From NCBI GenBank assembly GCA_965153455.1, contig OZ234493.1:11274213-11338212 (forward strand): DNA of 64,000 nt. The letters are read 5' to 3'. Below, piece by piece: positions 13,938 through 28,500 of this stretch; positions within the stretch are counted from its first letter, which is position 1, and every line of letters begins with the position of its first letter. The translations under genes and the position numbers were made by a program. This stretch comes from Sphagnum compactum. Lineage: Eukaryota. Under the pieces are notes generated by a model, which saw only the letters and a list, made by a program, of their open reading frames with translations, was not told the DNA's origin and did not search any database.

Positions 13938-16900
13938 TCAGAGTGCTTGTGAGTAGAGTTTCACTGATCGTGGCCAGACCTCGCCATATACATCTGGCTG
14001 ATGATACTGTCGGTCCCATGACCATGGTCTATCTGCCTCACATGGGAAGAAACTGTAAGGATCAAATGCAGAAGCAGACTTTTGATCAACAGAGTTGCTA
14101 TCCATCTATCTATCTATCTATCAAGGTTTGAGCAAATGCTTTCCAGCAATCTACCAAAAGCATTTGGAGGCATTTTACCTTCAGGTCTGTATTTTGTTGG
14201 TGGTAGGGCATAAGGGAGTGGTAGGCGCACTAATACTACACCATCCTGCTGCTCCATTGTTGATCCTCCTTGCTCAACAGATGCACTTCCCTTCCAGCAC
14301 ATTGTGACAAGCTTTGGGTGACGCACAGGTTTCTCCACTTCTTTCTCAGTTTGCTGACCGTTCAACTGCTGCAAAACTCCAATGACTTTTAGATCAGGAT
14401 TGCAGAATTGGCATTTTGAAAGATTGGGTTGCAGCATTAGCATACTAACTTGTTGGACACAGCAAAAAAAAGAACAAAGCTGCTGCCACAACTTGAAAGG
14501 AGACTGAACAAATCCATGACATTTTTTCCCCAAAAGAATTTGCAATCGCAAGAATGGGTGAGAGATCTACCTGTGGCAGCAGTGGGGAGAAGTCTTCCGT
14601 ACATGAGAAGGATGGTGATTCAAACTGAGCTCTGACCAGATGTGGCAGAAATAGCACTCCCAGCTGCACTTTATCCAAATCTAAAGTTCAATACCATGGA
14701 TGACTGACTCACTCAGCCATCTTACACTTAACAAACATGACAAGAACTGGGTGTGGTCATAACCTGTTGAGTGTCACCACCACCCACAAAGTATAAAAGA
14801 CCCATCACACCACAGACACTGCTTATGTAATATACAGATGTTGGGTTTGGATATAAGAAACTGAGTGTTAGATTGCTGTCGTCAACACTGACAAAGAAGG
14901 TCGGAGAAAGAAGAACCTCATAAGAACGAATCATCAGCTGTGACCCGCTTTTTACAAGTGATCCCCATGCAGCTTTGCTCAGATTTGATGATGTCAACAA
15001 AAACCATCTGAAACAAACAAACAAACAACTACTCGCCAACTTAGCATTTGCCCAGAAACGAAAACAGGTGACTGTGTAGCAGAAGATACACGAAGATCCC
15101 ATCTTCTTTGACTTTACTTCTTCGACATAATACTTGCGGAAATAGAAAAAGAGAGTGAAACACTACAGCCAAGGTAATGAGCATTACGCAAGGCATTGAT
15201 CATGGTAGCGCACATAGCTTTTGATGTGGGGCATAGCACGACTGCAATCTCCACACACACATACACAGAAACATACAAGTAGATCTGCATCAGTTACCAT
15301 TTGGCTCAAGGTATCCATGAAAAAATTTCCCAATATGGCAAAAGAGTTGCTAAAGCTGAGGTCTGCAATCATGTAACCTCGAGGCAATGTGCAAAGATCA
15401 CAATCTGATGATGAAGAAGAAGAAGAAGAAGAAGAAGAAGAAATCTACAATCAGCACAACACATACATAAGGAATCTCTACAGGCAGTAAGATTGTTTCC
15501 TTCTGTGTTTTACAAAAACAATTCCATGACTTTCTGCCTCCAACCCAACAACTAACTATTGGGAAAAAATCTTGTGAAAACAGCCTTTACCTTCTACCTG
15601 AATGATCAGCTTGCCAGCGAGACCAGTACTTTGACAAAAAAACTCTTTCCACATTCTTTTGCGGACTTGGAACTGCATTGCCTGCAGCATAGCCCTGCAG
15701 CATTATCAAAGGATTTAAAAGCGTGGGTTTGTTATCCAAGCTGCTGATGTTGACGAGCTTGATGGATGGGTTCTGTGTTTGTTGCATTCAAGTACCTCAA
15801 GGGAACAGCGAATGTCTTCAACAGTGGGCCATATAAACTGGGTTGCACCATGTCCCAAAGGTTCTTTCTCAAATGTGGATCCTGCTTGCATTGATGCTGC
15901 AAGCTCACTTAACCACTTCTCATCTAAAGACCCGAGAGATGAAAACTGCAAACCAGCAACAAACAACCTGAGAGATGAAAACTGCAGACCAGCAACAAAC
16001 AAACAACAAGAGAGATGAAAACTGCAAACCAGCAACAAAAAACCTGAGAGACAAAAACTGCAAACAGCACAAGTGGGCAAGAACATGAGAAATGAAAGAT
16101 GCAAATGTAAATTGCACTGCCCTGGATTACATTAATTTTTGTGGGAAAAAAAAGTGTCTGAAAAATCTGTCAGATACTATGATATGTGCACCTGATACAC
16201 GATGGGAGCACCTTTGAATTCCTGTTCAAAAGACTGCTCTTGCAACACCTTGCGGAGCTTCATGTGTCCCCACTTAGACAGGTTGTGGCCCTGATGATAG
16301 CCTGGGACTGATGCAATCAACCGGACCTGTTGGGGTCCAACATACATTCACACCAAAACACACAATCCTCAAAGTCTTGGATTAGAGGAGGGGGTTATGG
16401 TGGTGATGGTGGTGGAGACTCAAAATGATAGAAAAGCTCTATAATCACCACCACCACACTCCCAATGCAATTTTGCCCCATGACACATCCTGTGAGCTTT
16501 TATGAAGAAAGAAAAATTCCAAGTGCAGTAACTTATCCCTCTGAGCGTAATGGGAAGAGATTGGAACTGCAGCATTGAAAGCTTCTACCCTTTGATACAG
16601 ATGAAAGATAACTTCAAAAAACCATCCAGAAAAAAAAACATGGGGTTTTGTGTTGTTCTTACTGTTGCACTACTGAAATCAAACTTGCGGAAGAATGCAG
16701 CATTGATACGCACTTCACCCTGTTCAGGAAGAACAGTTGTGCATCCTGGCCACTGCCCAGTAAAGTGCTGTTTCTTAGAAAGAGAGGCACTGATCATGAT
16801 TTGCAATTCTTGTACAAAAGATCATGACCCAATACTTCAAAAAAATTGCACACAGAAGTCATGACCCAATACTTCAAAAATTGCACAGAGAAGAGCCATT

Positions 16901-19900
16901 TCAATGCTTCACAAAATTACACACAAAAGTGTCATTTCCTGAGTAAAGACTCGGACAGAAAATTGCACACAAAAAGTACATCATGATCAACCCACCCACA
17001 ATTTCTGTAATCTGATGATAAGGCTTTTTTGGGCAGGATTTTACACTTTACCTCAAGAGCTGTCAGGTACTCCACCAGATCATTTTCAAATACTGAACTC
17101 TTCTTACCCTTGCAGGCATCAGTCTTCCAAGGGAAGTCTTGCATCCAGAGGCCTTGTGACTTGTTATTCCAGTCAACATGTATCAAGTTTGCAGTGTGCA
17201 CAATGACACGCACTCCTGTCGGGTAGACTAACAACATTGCCTTCGAGTGGTGTGTGCCATAGCTTAGCCGTAATGGTGGTTTATAAAGTACCCAATCACG
17301 GGGCTTACTATTCTGCAAAATTTTTGGAAAATTAAAAAACAGTAAAAAAAATCCTCGACACAAACACCAACACTAGTACTACTACTATAAGCATAAAGAA
17401 ATCCAACAAGATCAGGAAACCGAAAAACAAACAAGCTTTAAAGCAGCTCAGGCATTCGGGGAAAACAAAGTTGCAGAAAAGCAAGCATGCCTGAAGAAGC
17501 TCAAGAGACTGGCCACTTTCTCCATGGATGACTACTACTCTTGGCACTTTCCTCAAAAGTGGACAAGCTGAAATCAACAAACAAATCATCAGGAGACAGA
17601 GGGGGAGAGAGAGATGCACAAATGATTTGTTTGTGAATCCAACTGCTTTTTGTGTTACTGAAAAACATGCACACTATCTGCTGATTCCAAAGAAGGTTGA
17701 TACCAATAGAGTATTGACACTGTAGTGCTCACCACCAAGCAGCCAGCCAATGTCCACCATGTAGTTTGATAGCAATGCCACTTGCACTTTGCCCTACAAA
17801 CCCAATTCCGTAATAGGCAATCAGCCAGCCTCTACTGCAAACAATGATGCAAGATTTGTTTGTGTGGTACTTGGGACTATGAGGGCTTGACAATGCAAGA
17901 GGAAGAAAGAACGACTCACTCAGTCTTGATGTTGGGTAGCACTCTAGAGGTATAAGCTAATCAAAAAAGGAAAAGAGGTGAACCCCCCCCAAAAAAAAAA
18001 AAAACAGGTGAGTTTGTTTGTTTCTTCAGGATGTGAAGATTGAGAAAGATGCATAAAAGCAGTGAAAATTGCAGTAGTATAAAACCCAAAGCAATTCTGT
18101 ATCCACCTGCCTCACCTGAATGACATCTCCAATACCAACACACCCTTTATTTGCCCACTGCGGCAAGTTTCTCACACGCATGAGTTGGAAACTGGAGCTC
18201 AGTCTTTGACTTGCCACAGGCTCTTCAGTGCCAGATGCATCCATTTCTATTCCATCCAACTTTGGCGCTTTCACAGAGCAAAGACTGCTTCTTGAGAAGC
18301 CATGTTGATGTGATGACGATGCAAACTGTCCCATTTCCCATCTCTGAGCACAATCTTCTTCTTCCTGTTCATTTCAATTTAGCTCATCAGAAAATTTACT
18401 TTACAAACATAGTCACAGACAGCCCAAGATGTTAGAAAAACTCCACAAAGGACCCAGAATGCTAGAGGCAAAAGAAGATCAGTTTTCTTATTTTGGTGTC
18501 AAGAACAATACCTGCAATGCTCGAGCTATCGCTTCATCTTCCAACACTTGAGATTTCCGTTTCCTCACATTTTCTTCCTCTCCACAAGAAGCCTGGAGAA
18601 ACGTCTCTGAATCTTGTGGTCTGCTACCAAGCACTTGTGTTGTTGGGATGCTCTCCTCCACCTGGAGATGAGGTACCATAATTCCCTCTGCAATCGTGGA
18701 CTGACAAATGGTCTCTGCCTTTTCCTTACTAAGAAATAGGTACCGTCCCTCTTCCTCCTTCACATCCTCTTCTTCATAAACAGCCCTAACTGAGGATGAG
18801 GACTCCATCCCTTGCTGACTGCTGCCTACCAATCTCAAGTCCTTCTCCATTTGGGGCAAGTGCAACTCACTGGTGTGTGCAGTAGTAGAACAACTAAGAA
18901 TGGTCTCTGCCCCTTCCTTACTAACAAGAGCTGATGATGATGGGACTGTTGGTATCAATGTAACATCACATGAATCTGATGTGAGTCTGTACGCTAACTT
19001 CCCCGGCAGAAACTCAATCACATCCCCAACATGCAAAGCTGAACTCATCTGTGGTAAAAGTTTTCTTCTTTCTGATCCAGATCTGACAACCACTGGATTT
19101 TGTCCTTCCTGCAACACCCATTGGAAGGAATGGTTGGCTCCCAACACCCATCTCCATATCTCTTCTCTTCTCTTCTATGCTCTGTGTGTGTGCGTGTGTG
19201 TGTGTGTGTGCGCGCGCTTTAGTCTTCAAGCTCTTCTGTGACTACATTCATGAGAGCTTATTCCAGTATATCTTCCTGAGATAGTTGTTCTCCATGCGGC
19301 AGTTTCCATTTCCTCAAAGAAATGGGTTATTCACTGGAATCAAAAGCATGGAGAAAATGGGTGTCTACAGAATATCTGTGAAAATGAAAAACACATTACT
19401 TACCAACTAAAAGATAATTGTGGCTGGGTCACAGCAGTGCTTATCAATCCACCACACAAGAGGGGGAAAAAAAAAAATGCAACCTACCACAAAAATTTGG
19501 AGATTGCCCTGAGAAGATGCAGTGATGGACACATGCTTACGGCTCACTTGCTTGCTTGAGTTCTTCAAGTCCATGCGACCAATATAGTTTTCCCCTTTGT
19601 GTATATGAATGGGCAAAACTGACGAGTCTGCCAATGTGTTGCCATCCTCTTGTAAGGCTCTCAAGGACCAAAATTGAACCTGCAATGCACCAAAGACAAA
19701 AGGCATATCTAAGAAGCAAATACAAACTGTTCAAAGACAGCATGGACCTCTTATAGCAAGCAGGTGTGTATGCTGGCTGGTCAGATCAGGTTGCCATGTA
19801 GGAAAACAAGAAGATATATTTTCTGGTTCTAGATCCTCATGAGAAGTGAACCTTCCTTGCCCAAAAAAAACAAGCTCTTGGACTAATTACACACAGATTT

Positions 19901-21060
19901 GTGCAGATATTACTACTTGCTCCAGTGCAACACAAATTCATGAGGAAAATCATATTCATGAGAAAAAACCAAATGGCAGGAACATCAAACCAATCCCCAC
20001 TTACCATTATCACAATCTGTACACAAAATTGTTGAAGAATCTTTTTTTTGAAAGTTGTGCACATGCAATGTTGAAGAATCTGTTTTTTGAAAGTTGTGCA
20101 CATGCAATGTTGTTGAACCTATGTCAAAATTTGAAGCAAAAAAGGCTTGTTGTCAACAAAGAAGGAAGCTATATTGCCTGCCCAATTGGATTATCCTTGA
20201 TAGCAAACACCCCAATCCATCATCGTCTGTGTGGAATAGTTGAATGCCTGCAAAAAACGATGTTCAGATGCTGTCATAAAAGAGTTTAAACCGATGCCCA
20301 TTTCCTCAAGATTAGAACTATAAGAAGAAATATCATTTCTAGAGAAAGTAGAGATTTGAAACGCACCCATCTTCGGATTAAGAATCCTCTTGCAATAAAT
20401 CTTGTAAAAGAGATTCCAAAGACAGAGACACAAAAACCCAAACATAAATCTTTGTTTCATAGGCAAAAACTGCCAGTTAATTTCAAATAGAAACGTTGAA
20501 GAGTGATAACCTTTTTTTCTCTTCAGAAGACTAAAATTACACTCACTGTACTTTTGAGCTACAAAAGAAATTTCTTGGAGGTATGAAAGGCTTAAGAAAA
20601 TTTAACCCTAAAGATTAAACCCTAAACTGACAATTGAATACTAAAATTTTGTGACAGGATGTGAAATGTTGGAAATTCACATGCTACAAAATTCTGTTAA
20701 TACCATTGCACTGGGATTTAGCCCCCAATCACACTGCCGCAGGGTTAACTTGCAATTTCGTGAACTTGATTCAAGGTCATTCGACACATTTGTTATGATA
20801 TTAAACCCTAACCCTGATCATTCTTTCATTTGGGACAAAATAAACAAGCTGTAATTTCCCATATCTCTCTAAAGATTGCAGAAAGAGAGAGAATCTTCAC
20901 AACAACGCACATTATCCCGGAAATTGCAGAAAAAATCTCCACACAAAAAACATGAGATCCATTGAAATTGCAGACAAATCTCCACAACAAGATAGGAGGA
21001 GGAAAATATTATTATGGGTACCTGCGATCTTCTTGCTTCTTCCATGTGCATCATCTTCAT
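13938..21060 (-). CDS. TDP1: Tyrosyl-DNA phosphodiesterase 1 with N-terminal FHA domain. 16 predicted exons: 21060-21022, 19679-19488, 19108-18512, 18364-18116, 17793-17733, ~17568-17491, 17312-17052, 16752-16663, 16326-16192, 15945-15796, 15694-15591, 15241-15188, 15007-14917, 14663-14571, 14368-14179, 14032-13938
   Basis: Both catalytic motifs are present ([11 protein letters not shown]...[14 protein letters not shown]...[12 protein letters not shown]). Also [44 protein letters not shown] and the C-terminal PWSWD. FHA motifs IGR...VSRKH...GQNP. Splice phases are consistent. Confidence 0.93.
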
Positions 21061-22393
21061 TATGTCCTTGTCCTTGTCCTTTTCCTCCTCCTTTTCCTCC
21101 TTTTTCTTCAGCAACAGAAGCAGCCTTGACTTGCCTGGAGAGACGATGGCATGCAAATACAAAAAATCGCACACAAACCCAATACTACTTTCTACAATCA
21201 CAACACAGAATCTCACTTTCCTCCTCGTGTGCTCAATCACCCACTGCTCAATCATGCGTGCAATAGCTTTGCCTGCAAACAAACAGTGAGCTGTTGGAGG
21301 GAGGAGTGTAATGGTGTCTCTCCAAGGTTTAGGGTTTCTGGGACAGAGTTCATCCAGACCGCAACAACAAGAACCACAATAAACCCATCCATCCAAATAG
21401 GGCATGCATTTCATCCCCCACAAGAGATTTTTTTTTGGGTTCCCAATAAACAAAATCTCATTCCTTGAGGCCCTCTCACTCCATTTTTTAGGGTTTCTTG
21501 GAATGGGTTCACTCACAAACAACAACAACATCCATCCATCCATTCATCCATCCAAATAGAAAATGGATTTTGTTTTCCACCCCCACCCATAAGCATTTTT
21601 GTCCCTATTTTGTCCCTAGCAACAAAAAATTCCTTCCCTAAGGCCCTCCCACTTGATTTTGGCAAGGTTTAGGGATTTTGGGACAAAAGTTCATCCATTG
21701 ACGACACCAACAATATTCATCCAAATGAAGCAATATTCATCCAAATGAGCCATGCATTTCATCCATCAAATGACAATACATGTCTCTACTAACAAACACT
21801 CTCCTCCCCAATGACCTATCACTCCGCTTTAACCAATGTTGGTTGGTTTTCATAATTAGGCAAGTTTAGGTCCAAGTTATAGGTTAGGTTTTAGGGTTTT
21901 TAGACCAATAAATTTTTTTTATTTTATTTTTTTCAAATTGTCATTCAAACATAACGAAACAACCGATCTAAAAAAACTTGAATTAGGAGTGCAATCCCAT
22001 TTTAAACAAGTTCAACTTCTGTAGGTACATTAATACAATTTCAATTTAAAATATATAAACTTGACCTTAAAATTTATACAAGTTATTGCATTTGATTGTA
22101 AATAATTAATATCATGATTACAATGATCTTTATTTTTAAATATGTGCATTAGTTGAATAAACTAATGTCATGCAACCAAAAAATAATAATTATTGTTTAG
22201 TTGTGTGTAATGGAAATGGAATCAAACCATGTCTTAAGCAAATCAACTATAAATTCTTTGTGAAAATGATTAAAATTGAAGGTTTTACAATTCCAAAAAA
22301 CCAATCTCGAGACCAAACCTAAGGCTCCATCAAAAAAAAAAAAAAAAAAAAAAAATTGAGATCAAAGGTTCTCATGAGGGAAACCTTGAAAAA

Positions 22394-22499
22394 GATTATT
22401 TAATTTCCCTTCAATACTCTCATTTGGTTTCAATATGAGAACCTCGATTATTTAATTTCTCTTCCATATTCTCATTTGATTTCAATATGAGAGAACCTC
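22394..22499. repeat. Approximately 52-bp tandem duplication
   Basis: GATTATTTAATTTC.CTTC.ATA.TCTCATTTG.TTTCAATATGAGA..ACCTC occurs twice. Confidence 0.88.
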
Positions 22500-24559
22500 A
22501 AATGTATTGGAATTTCTTCATGAAACCCTTGGGAGTCATGAGCTTTGGTTTTGAACTCTTGACCTCACATAATTGAGGGAAATATTTGCATCCAATTTTC
22601 AACTTGCATGTTATGAACCAATTCATTATATCCAAAATACCATGAAAATTTATTTTTGATAATTGTAAAGGTTTTTTGGTTGTTACACTTGAAAAACTTT
22701 CGACCTTCAACCCATTAACCCATTTTGGATCGTGAACTCATTGTTCTTGTCTTGAATGAAAAGATCACTTGATACTCATTAACCCTAAAAAAAAAAAACC
22801 AAATCAAAATTGTTCTTCCTTTCACATAAAGAACCCCTTGTTCATTTTGAAGACTTAACCAAACATGAGAATCAATTAGGTACTTAGGGAATGTTGCATG
22901 GTATTGCATGATTATCGCCTCCATTACAAAATGTTGCCATTCATATTTGAATTGAGTTGCATTAAATGATGTCAAGTTGGCATGCCCCTTGTACTTTAGG
23001 TTAGACACATGCTACAAGGGTTGGAACAAAAGGTCACAAATCTAAATCCACAAACAAAACCTTAAAACCTTTTAAATTTTTTCAACCTTTAACCATTTTA
23101 AATTAGGTTTCCAATCCATTTTTTTAAATTAGGTTCAAAGCCATATATATATATATAGAAAAGACAAAGAATGAATAGTGTTTTCTTAGTCCCCATGAAG
23201 AATGGGTTTTGAATCATGTTTCAGATCATTTGTGCTTATCCATGGATGGGTTCAATAGGGGGGAAAAAAACCAAACCAATGAAATGAAAAAGATAAAATT
23301 CAAAAAATAAAATAAAATCACAAAGTAACAAAATGAATAAAAGAAACCAATAAATATTGCAAATATTTAGCCCTTTTATTGAATATCTATAACTTAATGG
23401 GTACAAACCTTTTACAAAATAATAATGATTTTGTAACGAATTTCACAAATCCTTAAAGGCATGCCAATTCTATTGGCTTTGGAATGTGAAACACACACAT
23501 GATTAACAAATGTAACAATGAAATTAACCACACATCTTTTTTGTGTTTAATAATATCACAAATTAAATAAAAACAAAATACATGCATGATGCATTCCATG
23601 CCAATGTCTTGTTGGAACTATAGGTTCCCATGAGATTAACAATCCCATGAATGTTTAAAGGTTTAATCAAACATTCACACAAAATAGATGCCCCATAATA
23701 TGCGTGTGTTATTTTGTCATGTATTCATCTCCTTATATATTTTGCACAAAAATTTGATTGTTTTTATTAACATAAATGATACAAGTTCAATGTTAGTATG
23801 GTTCCAATATGCCTCATAATGACCATTAATTATTTTTTTGGTTTTAAACTTGCATTAAAATGTGAAGTTGAAACTAGTGTTGGCTTATTATTATTATTTT
23901 ATACCTAGTCAAGGTAAGTTTTTTAAAAGAAAAAAAAGATCACAAAATGTATTAATATATTTATTAAATGTAAAAAAATAACACTAGCAATTATCAATTT
24001 TAGTGCCAATGTAACAACCTTGATTATCAATTTATTTGGTGATAACCACTGAACATGCATAAGGGTTGGTTTTTGAATGCTTGCCATGAAAACTAATGGT
24101 ATATTACTTAGGTAAAGGTAATTCATGTTCTTTTTCAAAAAAATTCCATTATGTGGCATTATTTTCAAAAATTTGAAGTTCAATTTTAAAGTTTAATGAT
24201 TGATAGTTGGACAAGTAGGTTATCAATATAAATAGCTTTTAAAAATTTAAGGATTGATAGCATAGTTATATTGAAAATTACAAACATCTAGATAGGTTAT
24301 CAATGTTTAAAAATTCAATAAGTGATGGTTATTAAAATTCTTGTTGATTCTTAATTTATTTCATACCAAACTAACTTTTAACAAAAAATTACATAGGATT
24401 TTTTAGCAACTCATTTAGTTCAAACTCCATAGAAATTAAAACAATAATATATGTTTTACTATAATGCATTCATTTTGTTACAACAAATTTTCTAAGGTTG
24501 TCAGTTTTCTTTTTGAGCTTTTCTCATTATGTCTTGACCTTTTTTATAATGTTTTCGCT

Positions 24560-25205
24560 ATTTTCTTCCCTCTTGAATACTCTCGTTATGTTTCAATTAC
24601 TTTCAAGTCGTTTTTTCAAACCCTTTTTCTGTGTTTAAGTTCTAGATTTTCATCATGTCTTAATTCCACTAATTGTGTATTGATTCATTTTTTGCCTTTT
24701 GTTTCCTTTCATAATGTTTGGGTTCTTCTCATTGCATTTCAACTCCTTTCATTGCATTCAACCTCCTTTCATTATGTTTGGGCTTCTTTCATCATATCAT
24801 GAATCCTATTTTGCCTTTTGATTCCTTTCATTGTCTTTGGACTCCTCTCCTACAGTTCAATTCTTTTCATCATGTTTCAACTCTTTTCATTGTGTATTAA
24901 CTATCTCTTGATTTTTTTCCCTTCTTTTTTGTTTTCTGACTTGTATATTTCAATTCTTTTTTTGCCTTTCGATTCCTCTCATAATATTTTGACTTCATTT
25001 ATTATGTTTTAGCCATTTTTTTGTCCCTTGGTTCTTTTCATTGTGTTTTGATTATTTTTTTGGTCTTTCAACTCCTTTTATTTTGTCAAAGTTATTATCT
25101 TGATTTTCAACCCCTTTCATTGTGTTTTAGTTATTATTTTGATTTTTTCATTATCTCGCAACTTTTATCATAATTTCTTAGTTCCTTTCATTATGTTTCA
25201 ATTAT
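24560..25205. repeat. Degenerate T-rich minisatellite (about 20-40-bp units)
   Basis: The motif (AAC/AT)TCCTTTCAT(T/C)(A/G)TGTTT recurs many times across the interval. Confidence 0.65.
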
Positions 25206-25559
25206 TTTCAACATTCTTATTTTAATTAATAACATGTTGAAAGGTGAAAACTATATGTTTAAAAAATAACAATTTTATATAACCATGACATTTCTTAATC
25301 ATTATTATGATGTGTGTGATTTGATTTTTCATTAAGGGAGAAACATTAATGTACATAATTATGGAGTAATACAAAAATAAATTTAAAAATGATTTAAACT
25401 CATCATACATGACATACAAAACACTTTGACAACTTTGAAAAATAACATTCACTACAAAAAATCACGATTTCTCAAAAGGTTCAACTTGATTAAAGTGTTC
25501 ACATTAACAAAAGGATGTTCATTTTGATGAAAGGCATAGAGCATGAAAAACACATATTC

Positions 25560-28500
25560 TTTTGATTGGTTTTTTTACTAAAGTGACCATTTTGACCAAA
25601 TGTTAAATCATACATTTAGTCAAGAAGGACAAATTTTTTAAATGGTTCATCAAGGTTCCCATGGCTTAATTACTCAGCCATACTGAATGGCCATGCTTAA
25701 TCAAATTGGCCATATTAATTTGGTTAGTTAGCCTATTTACTATGCCTATTAAATTATTTACGTATTCACCTACCTACCTACCTACTGACCTACCATCTAC
25801 CTACCTATGTTTTACCTACCTATTATTATTTACCTACTATCTACCAAAGTTACCTATTTATCTACCTACCTGCCTATATATTCATCTATTTACATACCTA
25901 TTATCTACTTACGTACCTATCTATTTATCTATCTACTTATTATCTACCTACCTACCTATCTACCTAGTTAGGTATCTATTAATGTACTTATGAAAAAATT
26001 TGAAGTTCAAATGTTGTTATACATATTGATAAAAAAAATTAATGGAAGTTCAAGGAAACATGTTAAATGCATTTAAGATCATATTATTTTGCAAAGTGAT
26101 GGGGTGGTATGATGGTTAAAACATTCAGGTGAAACCAAGGAAACCAAAGTTCAATCCCCTTTACCAACATATAATGTGTGGAACATGTATATTCATATAT
26201 ATACCATGTACATGCATGTAAATGTATAATATTTAGGTGGGTTGATTAGTAAGTAGGTGGCCATGGTGAGTAAGTAGGTCATGGGCGGTGGGTAGAAACG
26301 TACTTACTATTTATTTATTTTTTTAATTTTTATATTTACGGTTTGAGTTTTTTATTAATTAAATTTGTTTGGTTGCCTGATTTTTTGTTCGATTTGACTA
26401 GTCAAACTTACCATTTTATGACTAGTCAAAAAAATCACCAATCAAGTTTGACGTGTTCAAATCGACTTGTTCAATATGACTAAATGACCAAATTGACCAA
26501 ATGTCAAAATGACTTTTTTGTTTAATTTTTCAGTTTAATAAACTGTGATCTCTTGTAATGATTGAAAATCTGAAAATCAATGATTGACACAAATATTTAC
26601 TTAAATAAACATTATGACATGTATTGTGAACAAATGATATTCATGTTGCTTCATGTGAAATGCAATATGTATAGTTTGTTTCATTAACATTGCATTATTA
26701 CTATCATTTCACATCAAATTCAACAATATGTGCGACATGATGCACTAACATTGCAAAAAACACACAACTAATGCTCAAATGCCAATGTAAAAAATTAAAT
26801 ATTTTTTAACATTTGATGAACCCTTGCATCGATATGCCATTTTTTCAACTGTGTTATTTTCATTTTTATTATGTTAGTTGATTTAATCTTCAAAATATAC
26901 CTTGAAATAGTCATATATAAGTATTGAATTTTCTTTCTTTTGTCTATGAATATAAAGTTATGTCATACAATTTATTGTAACAAAATTTACGATGCATGGA
27001 TTTGTTTTTCATGATTCATAATTATTTGGAACCATCAATTGTGCAAATCCATAAATAGAATATGGGTCTTGGGATTATATTTTGATGTTTTGTTAAACCT
27101 CAAATCCAAATTTGCAAGGATTTTCAATTGAATATCCAAAGGCATGATCATAAAAAATTGTCATATCATTTATCATATGCGAAAATAGTGTAGTCAAAAT
27201 GATTCACGAATCAATTGATCAAAATAATTATTGTATAAAAACTTATAATGTGTTGAATATTTGTTTAAAATTTTGAATATTTTGTAAAATAATCTCATCA
27301 AACAATTTGACAAATAGAGTCACAAAAAGGAAGGAAGCATAATGCAAAATCATAAACAAAGTGTGAGAAAAAAAATTCAATATCCCCCTTTCCTTTATCC
27401 CCTCCAAAAGTTTGCATCAAGCAAAGAAAGTGACAATGAATCAATGTGTGCTAAATTTAATTTCAAGAATATATAAAACATTAACATGTAACTAAATGCA
27501 TTTTTATTGGTGTTATGCAATTAGGCAATAACTTTGAACATTTTTTAGATTGCGAGTTAATTAACCAACATGAACAATAATTTGTTTGACAAATTTTCTT
27601 TGATTTTTTCATAATAAACTAGTGAAAAGAAACACGTTTAAATTGTTTTTACTATTATTACAACTTCCAAAAACATAAAGGGTAATGTATATGAACATTC
27701 ATAAAAAATAAAGAGATTTAGAAACATTTATAAATTGTTTGTCACTTCTTGACATGATTTAAGAAACATAAAAAATAAAATGGAACATTTCTATTTTAAT
27801 ATTATCATTTACAAAAATTATTGCAATATTGTAAGTCCATGGCAAAATTTTATTGCACAGTCCTATGAAATATTATATGATTAAGCTTCCAAGTCTTTTG
27901 TTTTTTGTTCTTGTTGATTTCAATCATGGATGCAATAATCTTTTTTAGTTTTGAAAACTCTCTTGATCAAAATTCATTTAATTATAATCGAATTATTAAA
28001 ACAATGATTCTTAGTTTATTGAAGGTGTAATGTTTTTATAACCATTAGCATTTGTAAAAATTGGTTTTATAAATTGTACCTTTATATCTTTGAGAAATAA
28101 CAATGGGAACAAAAAATATTTTGGACTTTCAAATTTGTTTTTGGAATATGCTCTATTGCTTGTAAAGGTTCAATGCTCAACACTTAATTACACATTGATG
28201 AAATTTCAAAAAACAATTTGCATGTTTTTAAAAAGAAAAAACATTCGTGTGATTCCGTGTTTTTTTTTTTTGGTCAAAAGAGATTTGTCAAATGTGCACA
28301 ATTCCTTTTAAATATTGGAATGTATCTTAATATTTTAAAATAGGGGGAAAAAAAAAAGTTTGCAAATTTTTTTATTTGTATGTACAAATGTAAACTTACT
28401 ATTGATTTTTGGTTCAAAAGTGTTTTGTGCTTTCAAAATCATGAATTTGGAAGTCATCCTTTCACAAATGTTATTCATTCCTTCATGCTAAAAACCATGA

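Noticed and set aside
20869-21543. 224-aa ORF as an independent gene
   Set aside because: Low-complexity read-through of the TDP1 promoter, 5' UTR, 13-codon first exon and intron 1.
22498-23008. Two adjacent minus-strand ORFs (70 and 97 aa)
   Set aside because: No recognisable motif or splice structure. Probably decayed repeat sequence.
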